64,000 nt of DNA from assembly GCA_043228905.1 (NCBI GenBank), contig JBHGNT010000016.1:10664001-10728000 (forward strand), in the 5' to 3' direction. The notes beneath the pieces were generated by a model. That model had not been told where the DNA came from, did no database searches, and was given only the letters and a program-made list of their open reading frames with translations. This document shows, piece after piece, positions 11,850 through 24,890 of the stretch (position 1 is the first letter of the stretch; every line of letters begins with the position of its first letter). Source of the DNA: Azolla caroliniana (Eukaryota; Plantae; Polypodiophyta). The position numbers were made by a program, and so were the translations under genes.

Positions 11850-14841
11850 CTCAAGCTCAGTAATGTGGATGTCGTGAGACCAAGGTCTGATGCGAATTGC
11901 CTGAGCTTGTCGACTCCTAAGGCCTTCATAAAAATATCAGCAATCTGGAGGTGCGTACTGATATGTTATAGATCGATTTCTCCGGCCTGTACGCGCTCAT
12001 GGATGAAGTGGTAGTGCACTTTGATGTGTTTAGTTTGCACATGGAAGACGGGGTTCCGAGCGAGGTGGATGTTGCCATGTTGTCACAGAAGAGGCGAATT
12101 GGATCTGTAATAGGAACGCCCAAATCCTTTAGTATGCGCTTGAACCATATGGCTTCACATGTGGCGACTACCGCGCCCCTGTATTCGGCTTCTGTGCTCG
12201 ACATTGTGACTGTCGGTTGCTTCTTATTGCTCCAGGAGATCGCTCCGCTGCCGAGGGAGAAGATGAATCCAGATGTGGATCGTCTATCCGCTTTGTAGCC
12301 TGCGCAGTTTGCGTCTGTGTATCCTTTGAGTCGAATGGTCGTATTTGACTTATGCATAATGTCATAATCCATCGTAGTACTGACATACCGGAGTATCCTC
12401 TTAGCGCAATCGAGATGAAGGTTTCACGGATTCTGCATGAATTGGCTAAGTAGGCCGACCGAATAACTGAGATCGGGTCGTGTAATGGTGAGCTAGATTA
12501 AGTTGCCAATTAGTTGACGATATTGAGTTGACTTGCACACGGCTGTGCCAGAATCGACATCCATCTTGAGATTATGATCGAGAGGGTTGGACATAGGTTT
12601 GCATTCGGTCATTCCGAACTTGTAGAGCAAGTTGAGAACGTAGTGCCGTTGAGAGATCATTATTCCGACTTGTGTCCAAATTACTTCAATGCCTAGGAAG
12701 TAATGGAGTTCGTGCAGGTCTTTCATTTCGAATCTGCCGGAGAGAAGTGATTTGACTTTGTTAATCTCGGCAAGATCCTTTCCTCTGATGACCAAATCAT
12801 CCACGTAAAGGATGATGACAATTGGGCAATCCGACTCGTTTCGGATGTACAGGGAAGTATCGGATTTTGACATTCGAAATCCGATTTGATGAAGATACTG
12901 CGTGATCTTCGAGTGCCACGCACGGGGTGTTTGTTTGAGACCGTATAGTGGCTTCTTGAGGTGGCATATGGTGTGCGGATGACTACGCGATTCAAATCCG
13001 GGTGGTTGAATCATATATACTTCCTCTTCTAATTCTCCTTGAAGGAAGGCATTTTTCATATCCATTTGGTGGAGGTGCCACCCTTTTTCTACTGCAACAA
13101 CAATTACGGTCCACATGGTGGCAAAGAAGTCTTCACGGTGGTCATCTTTGCCACCGGGGCAAAGGTCTCTTCGTAGTCTATGTCGTGCATTTGCATGTAT
13201 CCTTTCGCAACGAGCCGTGCTTTGAAGCGATTTACAGAGCCGTCGGCATTGTGTTTCACTTTGTAAATCCACCGACAACCAATTGCTTTCTTGTTTGTCA
13301 TGTGAGGAACGGGATCCCATGTCTCATTTTTTCATAGGGCTTACATTTCTTCATTCATCGCATCGACCCATCACGGATCCTTTAGGGCTCGAAAAGTGTC
13401 TCCGGCTCCTGTACTGACGCTACCTTCATCATGAAGGCGTAATGGTATGCCATATAATCGTTGTAGCCGAATCGGCTTACGGGGTTCTTTTCATGGGTGG
13501 ATCGACGCAACTTCTCATTTGCGGATGCTGAGGCTTTCTTCGCTCCATCTGTCCGGATGATTGGGATGTCCAAGCCTTCGAACTCACTATCAAGGGAGTG
13601 AGTTGATGCGTTGTCGATTGGATCTTCATATTCAGATATCTTGGCCTTCCCTTTGTCGAGTTTTGGACTCGGTCGAAATGTGCTTTGGTCACTCGGGGGC
13701 TCTCGTGGTCCACTAAGCCGTGTCGTAATCGGGCTTTCTTCGTACATGCACGTGAGCCGATCTTCGTCTTCAATCTCCATTTCGGCAGATTCCGGGTCGA
13801 GCGGAGTCAGAGTCGAAGTTGTTTCTGGTGCGTACTAGGATGTAGACTTGTCGAAAACGACATCTCGACTTATGCGAGCTTTTTGGGTAGATGGGTTGTA
13901 GCATTTGTACCCCTTCTGTTCGAGTGAGTATCCTACGAGGATACATTTCTCAGAATTTGGGTCGAGCTTTTGTCGTGTATCGTTGGGAATGAGCACGTAA
14001 GTGATTGCGCCGAAAATGCGGACATGTGATAAGTCCGACTTCTTTCCAAAGAACTTCTCATGAGGAGTTACGTCGTATACTCCCAAGGTTGTGCACCTTT
14101 TCATGAGGTATATAGTCGTGTTCACCGCTTCTGACCAGTACGATTTCCACAGGTTCTTCTCATTCATCATAGCCTGAGCGACTTTTACTATGTGTTAGTT
14201 TTTACGCTTAGCTACATTGTTTTGCTGAGGTGTGTGACAGCATGAGAATTCTCGTCGGAAACCTTCCTTTCGGAGATACGCTGTAAACTCATCCGAAAAG
14301 TATTCTTTGCCTCCATCCGATTGAAGGCAACGTACATGCCGACCCGTAGTTTTTTCGACTTCGGCCTTGAACCTCTGGAAGTGTCCGAACACTTCACTCT
14401 TCTGTCTCATCGGGGAGATCTAGGTGTGCCTGGAGAAGTCGTCGATGAACGTGATGTAATATTGGCATCCGCCGAGTGTGCTTGTCTGGGCCGGTCTCCA
14501 TACATCTAAATGTACGACATCCAGGATCCCTTTGCTCACATTCCGCTCTTTCGGGAATGGATGTCGGCGTTGCTTCTAAACTGGAGAAGTCGTCGATGAA
14601 CGTGATGTAATATTGGCATCCGCCGGGTGTGCTTGTCTGGGCCGGTCTCCATACATCTAAATGTACGACATTCAGGATCCCTTTGCTCACATTCCGCTCT
14701 TTTGGGAATGGATGTCGGCGTTGCTTCTAAACTGGCACGCTTCGCATACGCCCGTAATCTCCTTTGCTGTAAAATTCGGGAGTTCGATACGACTCCTTTC
14801 GATTGCATGTTCTGGAGTTTTTGGAGATTGATGTGGCCGAT
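11850..14841 (-). pseudogene. Copia-A pol remnant (INT-RT-RNase H), many stops and frameshifts
   Basis: ORFs 14195-14410 (SDGGKEY, TPQQN), 13835-14170, 12493-13320 (HQMDMKNAFLQG, LYVDDL), 11926-12372. Confidence 0.9.
14430..14731. repeat. 151-bp tandem duplication within Copia-A integrase
   Basis: ctggagaagtcgtcgatg...gttgcttctaaa at 14430 and 14581; ctgg microhomology at the junction. Confidence 0.9.
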
Positions 14842-15397
14842 TGACATCGAGTGTGCTTTGTGTCTCATTACGAACATTCTTGTTGAGCGAGCAAGCTCAA
14901 CTGGATCCGGATCAGTATCCGGAAACAAGAGCCGGATCGAGGAGATGGATCAGAGAGCCAGATTCGAGCGCGAACCGGAAGCCTAGTAATAGCCTAGACT
15001 ACTAGGTAATCATTGTCTCGTAGTTTGTGTCAGTCGCTCATATGAGCATTGAAGTACCTGTCAATACTTCTGTCAGTCCTTTATGGACTTTGTATAAATA
15101 GTGCTGTTATAGCACATTGTATGTACAGAGTTTTTAGAGTGATTTTTTTGAATTGAGTTTATGTTCTGCTCTCTCTCTCTCTCTCTCTCTCTCTCCCGCG
15201 TATACTCTCTACGTATTAAGCTTCTCCATTAAACCTCTTATTCTCTGTTGTTATCCGGCTGAGCCGGTTCTGTCTAACGCTTTCGCACGTTTACTTTTAC
15301 ATGGTATCAGAGTGCGAGGGTTGAGAACCTCTGCAATCGACGCTTTTTTTTTCGTACACGAACCCTAAAACTCGATAACAACAGACAGAGAGAAGAT

Positions 15398-17052
15398 ATG
15401 GACAGAGGAATGATGAGTTCACTTCCAACAGAGAAGCTCGACCGGAGCAACTACGCGTCCTTGTCATACAAGATGCACCAGTACTAGTTGGGGCATGGAT
15501 ATTGGAGATTCAAGGAAGAAATGAACGAGGTAGCGCCGGAGCCAGCACACGATGACTTCCCAATATGGGAGCAAGGAGTGAGTCGAGTATTGTATTGCCT
15601 CTCGTCCTGTGTGCATGACCAGATGCTCTGCTACATAAAGGATGCAAAAACGCCGAGGCAGGCCTGGGTAAATCGGAGGAAGATTTTAGCCGCAAATACC
15701 ACATCTCGTAAGTTGCAACTGTTGGGAGACAGGTCCCTCCGGATGGGAAGGGAGAAGAACAGTGCCGATGAACAATCTCGGCCGAGGCCGAAACCGGAAG
15801 AGGAGTACCCGACTACGGAGAGCCGGATGGTGCAGGCCCGATATGAACCGGAAGAGGAGTACCCGGCTACGGAGAGCCAGATGGTGCAGGCCTGGTATGA
15901 ACCGGATGAGGAGTACCCGGCTACGGAGAGCCGGATGGTGCAGGCCCGGTAAGAACCGGATGAGGAGTACCCGGCTACGGAGAGCCGGATGGTGCAGGCC
16001 CGGCGAGAACCGGAGGAAGAGACATATTCGTAAATATGTTTCTGAGAGCCCATCGAGGCTATATTTGTAAATAGCCGAAAAGTCATATTAGTATAAATAT
16101 GACTTAGGGCAAACTTTTAGTTGTTGTTGTCATTCCTGTTTTGCACGAGATTAGAGTGTGTAACAATGTACAGAGAGAGAGAGAGAGAGAGAGAGAAAGA
16201 GGTTGTTGCCTCTGTTGTAACCGCCGCCTGTGGCAAAGATCGTGAGCACGAGGTCGTTGCCTTCGTGAACTCACTGTTTGTACATTCCAATATAGTGATA
16301 GTTTGCAGCCTGTGGGCTGCCGTGGTTTTTTCCCTTAGTTTGGGTTTTCCACGTAAACATCCTGTCTACCTTTTCTCTCCTTTGTGTCGTGCATTTGTTT
16401 CCCGTTTTCTGTGTATGATCCTAAGCTCGGTTGTGGCCGAGCGTTGCGCAAAGGGAGCGTTGAGTTCCTGTCAGCAACTCCGGCAAGAGTTGAACAACAT
16501 CCAGCAAAGAGACATGTCGGTTATGGATTATGCCACCAAGATAAAGGAGGTTTGTGACATGCTCGGGTCCATCAACGTGACGGTGGACGAAGACGAGATC
16601 ATACAAATCTGCCTCGGTAGTCTAGCACAAAGGTAAAGGCCAATCTGGACAACGATCTGCACCTGAGAGAAGCCACCGTCTTTCTTTGACTTGCAATCGA
16701 TGCTGATGGTCGAAAAAAACCATTCGAGTGGGTCCAAGACCACTCAATCGGACGGACGGATGCTGTACACAGAGACAGATCGGCCCCATGGAGGTGGTGG
16801 ACAAGGTGGGTCGGCATGCAATGTAGGCGGCCGGCAAGAGTAGGACCGAAGGCACAGATACATTGCCGACAACAGTTCCGAACACTCCACAAGCAGGGGG
16901 AGTCAAAGCGGCGCCGGGAACCAACAAGGAAAGGTCGTCACAGAATGCTGGTACTGTGGCAAAAAGGGCCAAAGGGAAAGCAAGTGCTGGAAGAACCGCG
17001 CCGATTCGGACAAATCTGGATCGGTGATGAAAACCGGGATCGAGAAGATCGG
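15398..17052 (+). pseudogene. Copia-B gag (interrupted by solo LTR)
   Basis: MDRGMMSSLPTEKLDRSNY...; QLRQELNNIQQ; CWYCGKKG knuckle remnant. Confidence 0.8.
15720..16473 (+). mobile_element. Solo LTR of Tork-like Copia family
   Basis: TGTTGGGAG...GTCA termini; TSD GCAAC at 15715-15719 and 16474-16478; 48-bp U3 repeats; tataaata. Confidence 0.92.
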
Positions 17053-17949
17053 TGTCGTGGTGAAAACCGGCCTAAGGAGGAATTAAGGGATAAAGAGCGT
17101 GAACCGTCTCCTTTACATGGGGACACGCACATTAATAACTTTGCACATGACTAGGAGTAGGTCGGCGTGATGTAAATATACTAGGAAGAATATATTTATT
17201 AGCTAGAAAATCAAAGTGTATCTCTGCCCGAAGGGACAGAGAATAAAGATGACATAAACCAGATGTGACAGTCTCTCCCTAACAACCTATAAAAGGAAGG
17301 GGAGAAAGCTGAAATGGTATCGTGTTTTAGGGGCGAGGATGAAGTGCTGTCGGACTGGGAACCAAGCATTCTTCTCCTCATTTCTGTTGGTCTCTACAGG
17401 TTTTCGCCAGGTCGTCTTGACTCGCGAGAGAAGCCCGTGCGCTTCTGGCAGAGGCTCGACTGAGTGTTTTGTTTTGTGTGTGTGTGTGTGTGGGTGCGTG
17501 CTTGGTCACTCGCCGGCGTGCCGGTTGTAATCTCAAGAGTATCGTATTTGTTTAGTTATCTTAATCGATTCTTTGGGTTGCGGCCTCTCGGTGTATTTGT
17601 GTATACTCTAATCCATTGTCGTTATGTAGCCGGTCGAGCACGTGTCTCTTTTCATTTTTGTACGTAGTTGTGTTATTCGTTTTACCTGGTGAGCACTACT
17701 TGCCTTTTACTTTCCGGAGGTCGGTACTTGCCGACCCGTTGCTTACACTCTCTTCTCTCTATGTTTCTATGCACTCCTCGGTCCAGGGCCCCCGCTGTCC
17801 CGCCTTAGTTTCCTATGCTCAAGCGAAACAACACGTCATCTAATTTGGTGAACCCAATGTGAAGAAGGTTGCAGATGAGTCAGAAGATGAGAGGGTCCGA
17901 ACTCGCCGAAGCCATGGCGGTGGCCGTCGACCGTCTAGTGAACACATGT
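17053..17949 (+). mobile_element. 5' LTR (17053-17838), tRNA-Trp PBS and gag start of a truncated Gypsy related to 45228-52291
   Basis: TGTCGTG...CGTCA; TGGTGAACCC at 17846; MRGSELAEAMAVAVDRLV resembles MRGSDLVEAMASAVDRIV at 45952; joined to Copia PR at catgt. Confidence 0.85.
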
Positions 17950-18945
17950 CGGAGAAGTCACTTTGAGCCATGTCAGACAGAGGGGGAAGCTGATGAACAT
18001 ATTATACGTTCCGACAATCACAAAGAACCTGGTGTCGGTCAGACAAATCGTCGACCAGGGGATGCATGTGCGGTTTACGCACCTCGGGTGCTTCATCGAG
18101 GAAGAAGGCCGGATAATCGCGCAAGGCCGCAGAGACGGGAGGATGTTCATCCTCAACACTAATGACGTCGGCACCGCTATGTTTGCAAAAGGGCAGAAGG
18201 TCGAGTTGGACATCGACTGTTACCCAGACAAGTATGAATGCGTCGGATTCGGAAAGATGTTCGGAGTCGGAGTCGGAGTCGGATCGACAGTTCGGATCGA
18301 TGACTCAATAAATAGCCGAATAGGACATAGCTAGTTATGAAGTTTTGTAATTTTTGTTAAGTATAAGCAGTAGGATTTCTTGATGAGAAAAGACCTTCGG
18401 GTTACCTATAAAAGGAACCGAAGGCATTGTAAAAATCTATCGTTGTATTTAGTAATATAAAGTTTGGTTAGGAAATCTCTGTGTATGGATTGCTTCTTGT
18501 CATCTATTTAGTTTTGTCTAAACTATATTACATAAGTCACGATCTCGGTGTCTGTTATCACCGATAAGTTTACAGATAATTCGTATCTATTCGTTTAACC
18601 ACAACTTCTTGATAGAACGTTTGATATGAACGTTCGTCTTATACTGTGTCAGCAAAATAGCAATTGTCGACCGAACAACACAGTATAATTTTGGCACGCC
18701 CGGTTACATCTGCACATAGCAGAGAACAAGACGAATGGATGTCGTCTGGTCCGAATACACCAGTCGGTTGTAAACGTCCTTGTACGCGTTCTATTATGAA
18801 AACGCTAGAGATAGAATCGGCTGAGGGATTACAGAAGGAAACAAGTAGAAGATGGTCGGTACTTCTTGATTTAACTGATAGCCAGTCTTTCGACGAAAAT
18901 TAGCCGAAAGAGGTATCATTTTACGATATTTGGAGTGAGGACAAT

Positions 18946-20492
18946 ATGCCTTATCCGTACTCAAAGTTCCGCGAGGGAGCTGATGCAGAAGCGCATGTGA
19001 GGGATTTTATGACAACATGGGAGATTAACCATGGAGCTCAGAGACTGTCGGCGACATCCGAAGATAAGTCGAAGATTGCTGAGTTTGTTTTGTCATTGGA
19101 GGGTTATTCCGCTAATTGGTTTGCGCAAAATAGTCTCCGTGGGTTCGAAACATTCGAACAATTAAACAACAAATTTCTGCAGTTATTTCATCATCAAATA
19201 CCTCAAAAAGACTTGATTGCACAATTTTATGTGTTGTATCAGGAGCAGCAGGAAACGGTGTCTCAATTCGTGATTCGTTTTCAGAATTTCTAGGCCTATT
19301 CCGGACGATGAATTGAAGGATGTATTACTTGAAGCAATTCGGGAACCATTACGAACAACACTGAAGGTGTTCGATTTCCGGAATCAGAATATCGAGCAAG
19401 TGATTGATAAGGCAATCGCTATGGGACGACAACCGATAAATGTACGGAGTATGGATATGTCAGCACTAAATCGTACACTGCCAACGATGGAGGAGTTACA
19501 ATTTCGACAAGCAGTTCAGTGTACTACTTGTTTAAATACCGGTCATTCGACGATTGAGTGTAGTCTGCGAACACATTGCATAATGTCATTCTAAACTTCA
19601 TTTAGTCGAGCAATGTGAGTATAACTTGCTTAATAAATTGACGGCTCCGGTAAGACAAATTTTTCTGGAAAATGGGTACCACAATAAATAAAATTCGTTC
19701 AATAATGGATACGAACAAAATAGTTTTCCACAAGCTCAACAAAATAATTTTCAAAACAATCAAACCTTTTAGCAAAATAAATTCCAGCAGAATCCAACTT
19801 TTCAACAAAGTAATCAGTCTTTCCAACAAAGTAATTTTCAGCACAATCAAGATTTTCAACAAAATCAAGAATTCTCGGTACCACCGAATATGCATCAGCA
19901 ACAGCAAAATGGAGGATGGTTTAAACAGAACCGGTAAAAATAAAAAATTCTACAAGCCGAAAGCCTCACGACAGTTTCAGCAATCACCGAATGATGGTCA
20001 ACAGTTTATGCAAAATGATGGAACTAGTCAGTTTGAGCAAGGCGAGGGAAGTGGAACGTTTGTTCCTACTTGCTATATTTGCCGTCAAACTGGTCATTAA
20101 GCTAATCAATGCCCTGCTAAAGGGAAAGGACCGGCGGTTAATATGGTTATACCAGAAATACAGCAAGTAACCACTAGAAGCAAAAGTAAACAATCCGAGT
20201 GGGAGATTCAGGAAGTAGTCCTGAAAGCAGCCAAGGAATGGGTAGAGGAAGCAAATAGAAATAATGAAAACCGGATGCTCCAAGACAATGAAATTAACCA
20301 AGCTACTGAATTACCAGGAGTGATTCTTGTACTAGAACAAGAGGAAGCTTGGAAGCTCTTGGCAGATTGCCAAGTGTCATTACCACTAACCGGATTACTT
20401 AAGTTGGTCCCTAGATTTACCGAAAAAGTGGCGACATTGATTGCCCAAAAGGGGTCAGAACAAGTATCGGTAAACTATAGTCAGCCCAGCAC
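18946..20492 (+). pseudogene. Gag of 18218-35728 Gypsy (CCHC knuckles, Q/N-rich tract)
   Basis: ORFs 18946-19293, 19313-19594 (CTTCLNTGHSTIEC), CYICRQTGH at ~20070. Confidence 0.8.
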
Positions 20493-21434
20493 TAGGGATC
20501 GGCAACGGTTCGGTTTAGGCTTAGCCGGTTTGGCCTGATCCAAGGCAAACCGGTTAAGCCTAAACCGTTTACAGGATCTCAAACATGACCCGAGCCGAGC
20601 CGAGCCGGTTCACAAACCGGTTTATGCTAAACCGGTTTGTGAACCGGCTTGGTAAACGGCTTGTAAACCGGTTTCCAAACCAGCTTGGAAACCAGTTTAG
20701 AAACCTCCCTCTCTCTCTCTCTCCCTACCTCCCTCTCTCTCAGATGATCCACTATATACTATATACTATATACTATACATTGTACAAGCTCTCCCTCCCA
20801 CTCTCTCTCACGTCTGTGGTCTCGACTCTCTCTCCCTCTCCCTCTCTCTCCCCTCTATGTAGTTCCTCTCTCTCTCTCTCTCTCTCTCACGTCTATGGTC
20901 TCGACTCTCCCTCCCTCTCTCTCTCTCTCCCCTCTATGTAGTTCCTCTCTCTCTCTCTCTCTCTCACGTCTATGGTCTCGACTCTCCCTCCCTCTCTCTC
21001 TCTCTCCTCTCTATGTAGTTCCTCTCTCTCTCTCTCTCTCTCCCCTCTGTGTAGTCTCTCTCTCTCTCCCCTCTATGTAGTTCCTCTCTCTCTCTCTCTC
21101 CCCTTTGTGTAGTCTCTCTCTCTCTCTCTCTCTCTCTCCTTATATGTTGTCTCCCTCCCTCTATCTCTCTCTCCTCGTCTATGTAGTTCTCCCTCCCTCT
21201 CTCTCTCTCTCTTTCCCCTTGTCTGTTGTCTCTCTCCCCCTCTCTAAAGTTTATAAACGGCTTAAACGGTTTATCCGGCTTGAGCCGGTTTGGCGAGGCT
21301 CAAGCCAAGCTGAGCCGAGCTCAAACCGTCAAGGCAAGTTCAAGCCTAAATCGAGCCGAGCCGAGCCGCTAAGCCGTTTTCAAGCCGGCTAAGCCAAACG
21401 GTTTAGGCTTGAGCCGAGCCGTTGCCGATCCCTA
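20493..21434. mobile_element. Non-autonomous hAT element (MITE)
   Basis: 16-bp TIR TAGGGATCGGCAACGG; 8-bp TSD CCCAGCAC at 20485-20492 and 21435-21442; dense subterminal aaaccgg/aaacgg motifs; CT-microsatellite core. Confidence 0.95.
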
Positions 21435-21872
21435 CCCAGCACCAACCCTTCAATCATGGATGAGCAAAATTCATCAATTATGGTAATAATTCAGGGTTAG
21501 GAAATCGAAAATACGATTATCGATGGGGGCTCAGGAGTGAATGTCATTATCAAAACCACTTGTGCTAGGTTGGGAATTACTAAATGGGAAGCTTGGCCAT
21601 TTTGGCTTAGAATGGCGGATACCACTACGGTACGACCAATTGGTTTACTCTGCGAATTAGAGGTGGTATTGGGTGGTCATAGTTTTCTGATATCAGTAGT
21701 TATTCTTCATTTGGAAGCTCATGGTGCATATCCTTTGTTATTAGGGTGACCGTGGTTAAAGACTGCTAACATAAAGCAGAATTGGAATCAGAATCAACTA
21801 ACATTCAGAAAAGGCAAAACGAAAATCTGGGTTTCGACACAGAACAAGGTTGCGACAAGCAAACAGTGTTTG

Positions 21873-22873
21873 TGACGGGAACTCAAGGCTCCTTTTGCAC
21901 AACGCTCGGCCACAACCGTGCTTAGGATCATACACAGAAAACGGGAAACAAATGCACGCGACACAAAGGAGAGAAAAGGTACACAGAATGTTTACGTGGA
22001 AAACCCAAAGAGGGAAAAACCACGGCAGCCCACAGGCTGCAAACTATCACTATGTTGGAATGTACAAAACAGTGAGTTCACGGAGGCAACGACCTCGTGC
22101 TCACGATCTTCGCCACAGGCGGCGGTTACAACAGAGGCAACGACCTCTTTCACTCTCTCTCTCTCTCTCTGTACAGTTACACACACACTCTATTCTTGCA
22201 CCAACAAGAATGACAACAACAACTACAGTGTTTGCCCTAAGTCATATTTATACTAATATGACTTTTCGGCTATTTACAAATATAGCCTCGATGGGCTCTC
22301 AGAAACATATTTACGAATATGTCTCTACCTCCGGTTCTCACCGGGTCTGCGTCATCCGGCTCTCCGTAGCCGGGTGCTCCTCATCCGGTTCTCACCGGGC
22401 CTGCACCATCCGGCTCTCCGTAGCCGGGTACTCCTCATCCGGTTCTCACCGGGTTTGCAACATCCGGCTCTCCGTAGTCGGGTACTCCTCATCCGGTTCA
22501 CACCGGGTTTGCACCAACCGGTTCTTCGTAGCCAGGTACTCCTCATCCGGTTCTCACCGGGTCTGCAACATCCGGCTCTCCGTAGTCGGGTACTCCTCAT
22601 CCGGTTCACACCGGGTTTGCACCAACCGGTTCTTCGTAGCCAGGTACTCCTCATCCGGTTCACACCGGGTCTGCACCATCCGGCTCTCCGTAGTTGGGTA
22701 CTCCTCATCCGGTTCACACCGGGTCTGCACCATCCGGCTCTCCGTAGCCGGGTACTCCTCATCCGGTTCATACCGGTTCTGCACCTCATACGGTTTCGGC
22801 CTCGGCCTTGGCCGAGTTTGTTCATCGGCACTGTTCTTCTCCCTTCCCATCCGGAGGGACCTGTCTCCCAACA
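21873..22873 (-). mobile_element. Solo LTR of Tork-like family with ~9-10 x 48-bp U3 repeats
   Basis: TGACGGG...CCCAACA; TSD GTTTG at 21868-21872 and 22874-22878. Confidence 0.93.
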
Positions 22874-22878
22874 GTTTG

Positions 22879-24890
22879 CCTGTGTATGTTGAGTCCGTCA
22901 ATATGATGGAAGGATTAGACGAGGTCGAAGAAAATCAGTATTTTGATGATAATCCGAAAATCATTCCTTTGTTCGAAGTAGATATTTTACAAGCCTTGAC
23001 GCCATATGTGGATTCCCAGGAGGAATTGCCAATAGATGAGCAAGCAATGAAGGAAATACGATTCCAGCAAGAAGCTACCGATAGAGAGATGAAAGTATCC
23101 CAACGAGTTCAGGCTTCAACATTGGAGGAAATAAATTTGGCAGAAGAAGATGGGGACAATGAGTTGAAAACAATACTCATTGCTAAGGATATGATAGAAG
23201 CGGACAAACAAAGGTTAACCGCATTATTAAAGCAATATAAGGATGTCTTTGCTTGGTCTTTTGAAGATATGAAGGGACTAGATCCAACTTTTTGTCAACA
23301 TCAAATCAACCTACATAAGGATGCAAAGCCAGTTCAACAACACAGTTACCGATTAAATCCTAATTATGCTATTAAAGTTAAAGAAGAAATAGATAAACTT
23401 TTGAAAGTAGGGTTTATTCGGCTGGTGAAAAAATCGACATGGTTAAGTCCAATCGTCGTGGTTCCGAAAAAGAATGGAAAAATTCGGGTATGTGTCGACT
23501 ACCGGAAACTAAATGCGGCTATCGTTATGGATGCGTTTCCATTACCATTTACGGATGGTATATTGGATGCGGTAGCTGGCCATGAAGTATATAGTTTCCT
23601 AGATGGTTTTAGTAGTTATAATCAGGTTTGGATGAATCCGGAAGATCAAGAAAAGGCAACTTTTGTTACAGAATGGGGAGTGTTTGTTGCAGTAGTAATG
23701 ATGTTTGGCTTGAAGACCGCTCTGGCGACATTTCAAAGAGTGATACAGGAAATATTTGGGAATTACATTCCTGCCTTTATGCAAGTATTTTTGGATGATT
23801 TTGCTGTTTATAGTCGGAAAACCGAACATTTTGAGCATTTACGACTATGTTTGGAGAAATGTCGGGAAGGGCGGCTTAGTTTAAATCCAGCTAAATGTGC
23901 ATTCGGGGTCACTAGTGGCACATTATTAGGCCATATTGTCAGTCAGGAAGGAATTGCAGTGGACTCTGACAAGGTTAAAGCCATATTCGAAGCACTGACA
24001 CCCACAAATTCTAAAGCTCTCAGTCGGTTTTTGGGGCAGATAAGATGGCATAGCCGAATGATAAGATATCTTGCGAATATCGCCATTCCCTTACATACAA
24101 CAGTACACAAAATTCCTTTTCAGTGGACAAGTGTGGAACAAGATGCATATGATTGTCTGAAGAAAATGATGTCCAAAGTTCCAGTCGTTCAACCACCTGA
24201 TTGGAATAAGCCATTCCATGTTTTTGTCGACGCATCAGACATCGCAATCGGAAGTGCATTAATGCAGTTAACCGAACTGAATTGGTACAGGCCAGTTTAC
24301 TATGCTAGTCGGAAACTTTCGACAGCAGAAAGAAATTACTCTACCATTGAGAGGGAAGCTTTAGGAATGATCTATAGTGTCAATAAGTTTCAACATTATC
24401 TTTTGGGGAAAAAGTTTACATTTCATGTTGATCATTCGGCTCTCCTTTATTTGGTCTCGAAACAAGAGTTAACTGGCAAGTTAGCAAGATGGACTCTTCT
24501 TCTCCAAGAATTCGAGTTCAACATTTTACATCGGCCAGGAGTACAACATGCAGTGGCCGATTATCTCAGTCGACTGGAGTCGGGAGAAGAAGGCACGGGT
24601 GTCAAGGATGATTTTCCGGATGGTCAGCTTTTTCGAGTGGAAGCAGTAAATGCACATGGTGTAAATGAAGAAAGTGAGGATGGTTGGATCTCAGAAATGA
24701 CAATCTTTCTTACAACAAGATTACCACCCGAGCATCTATCGGCAGACGAAAGGAAAAGGCTGGCGGTATGGAGTCGTAATTTTTGTCTTTTGAACGACAC
24801 TCTATATCATAAAGGAGCAGATGGTATTTGTTGAAGAACAGTACAACAATTCGAAAAATCGGTCATTCTTCGGGAATTGCACTGTGGAAT
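22879..24890 (+). pseudogene. RT-RNase H of 18218-35728 Gypsy
   Basis: C-terminal two thirds of ORF 21850-24834; truncated by Copia-D at the start of integrase. Confidence 0.9.

Larger units (their letters stand above)
4379..14841 (-). mobile_element. Copia-A: 5'-truncated Ty1/Copia LTR retrotransposon; its 3' LTR (4379-4594 + 11616-11679) is split by the chromovirus insertion
   Basis: LTR termini TGTTG (4379) / CAACA (11679); purine-rich minus-strand tract adjoining 11680; minus-strand INT, RT (YVDD) and RNase H (DRRSTSG, SSTEAEY) fragments; breaks at IGHINLQ (pre-integrase) near 14841. Confidence 0.85.
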
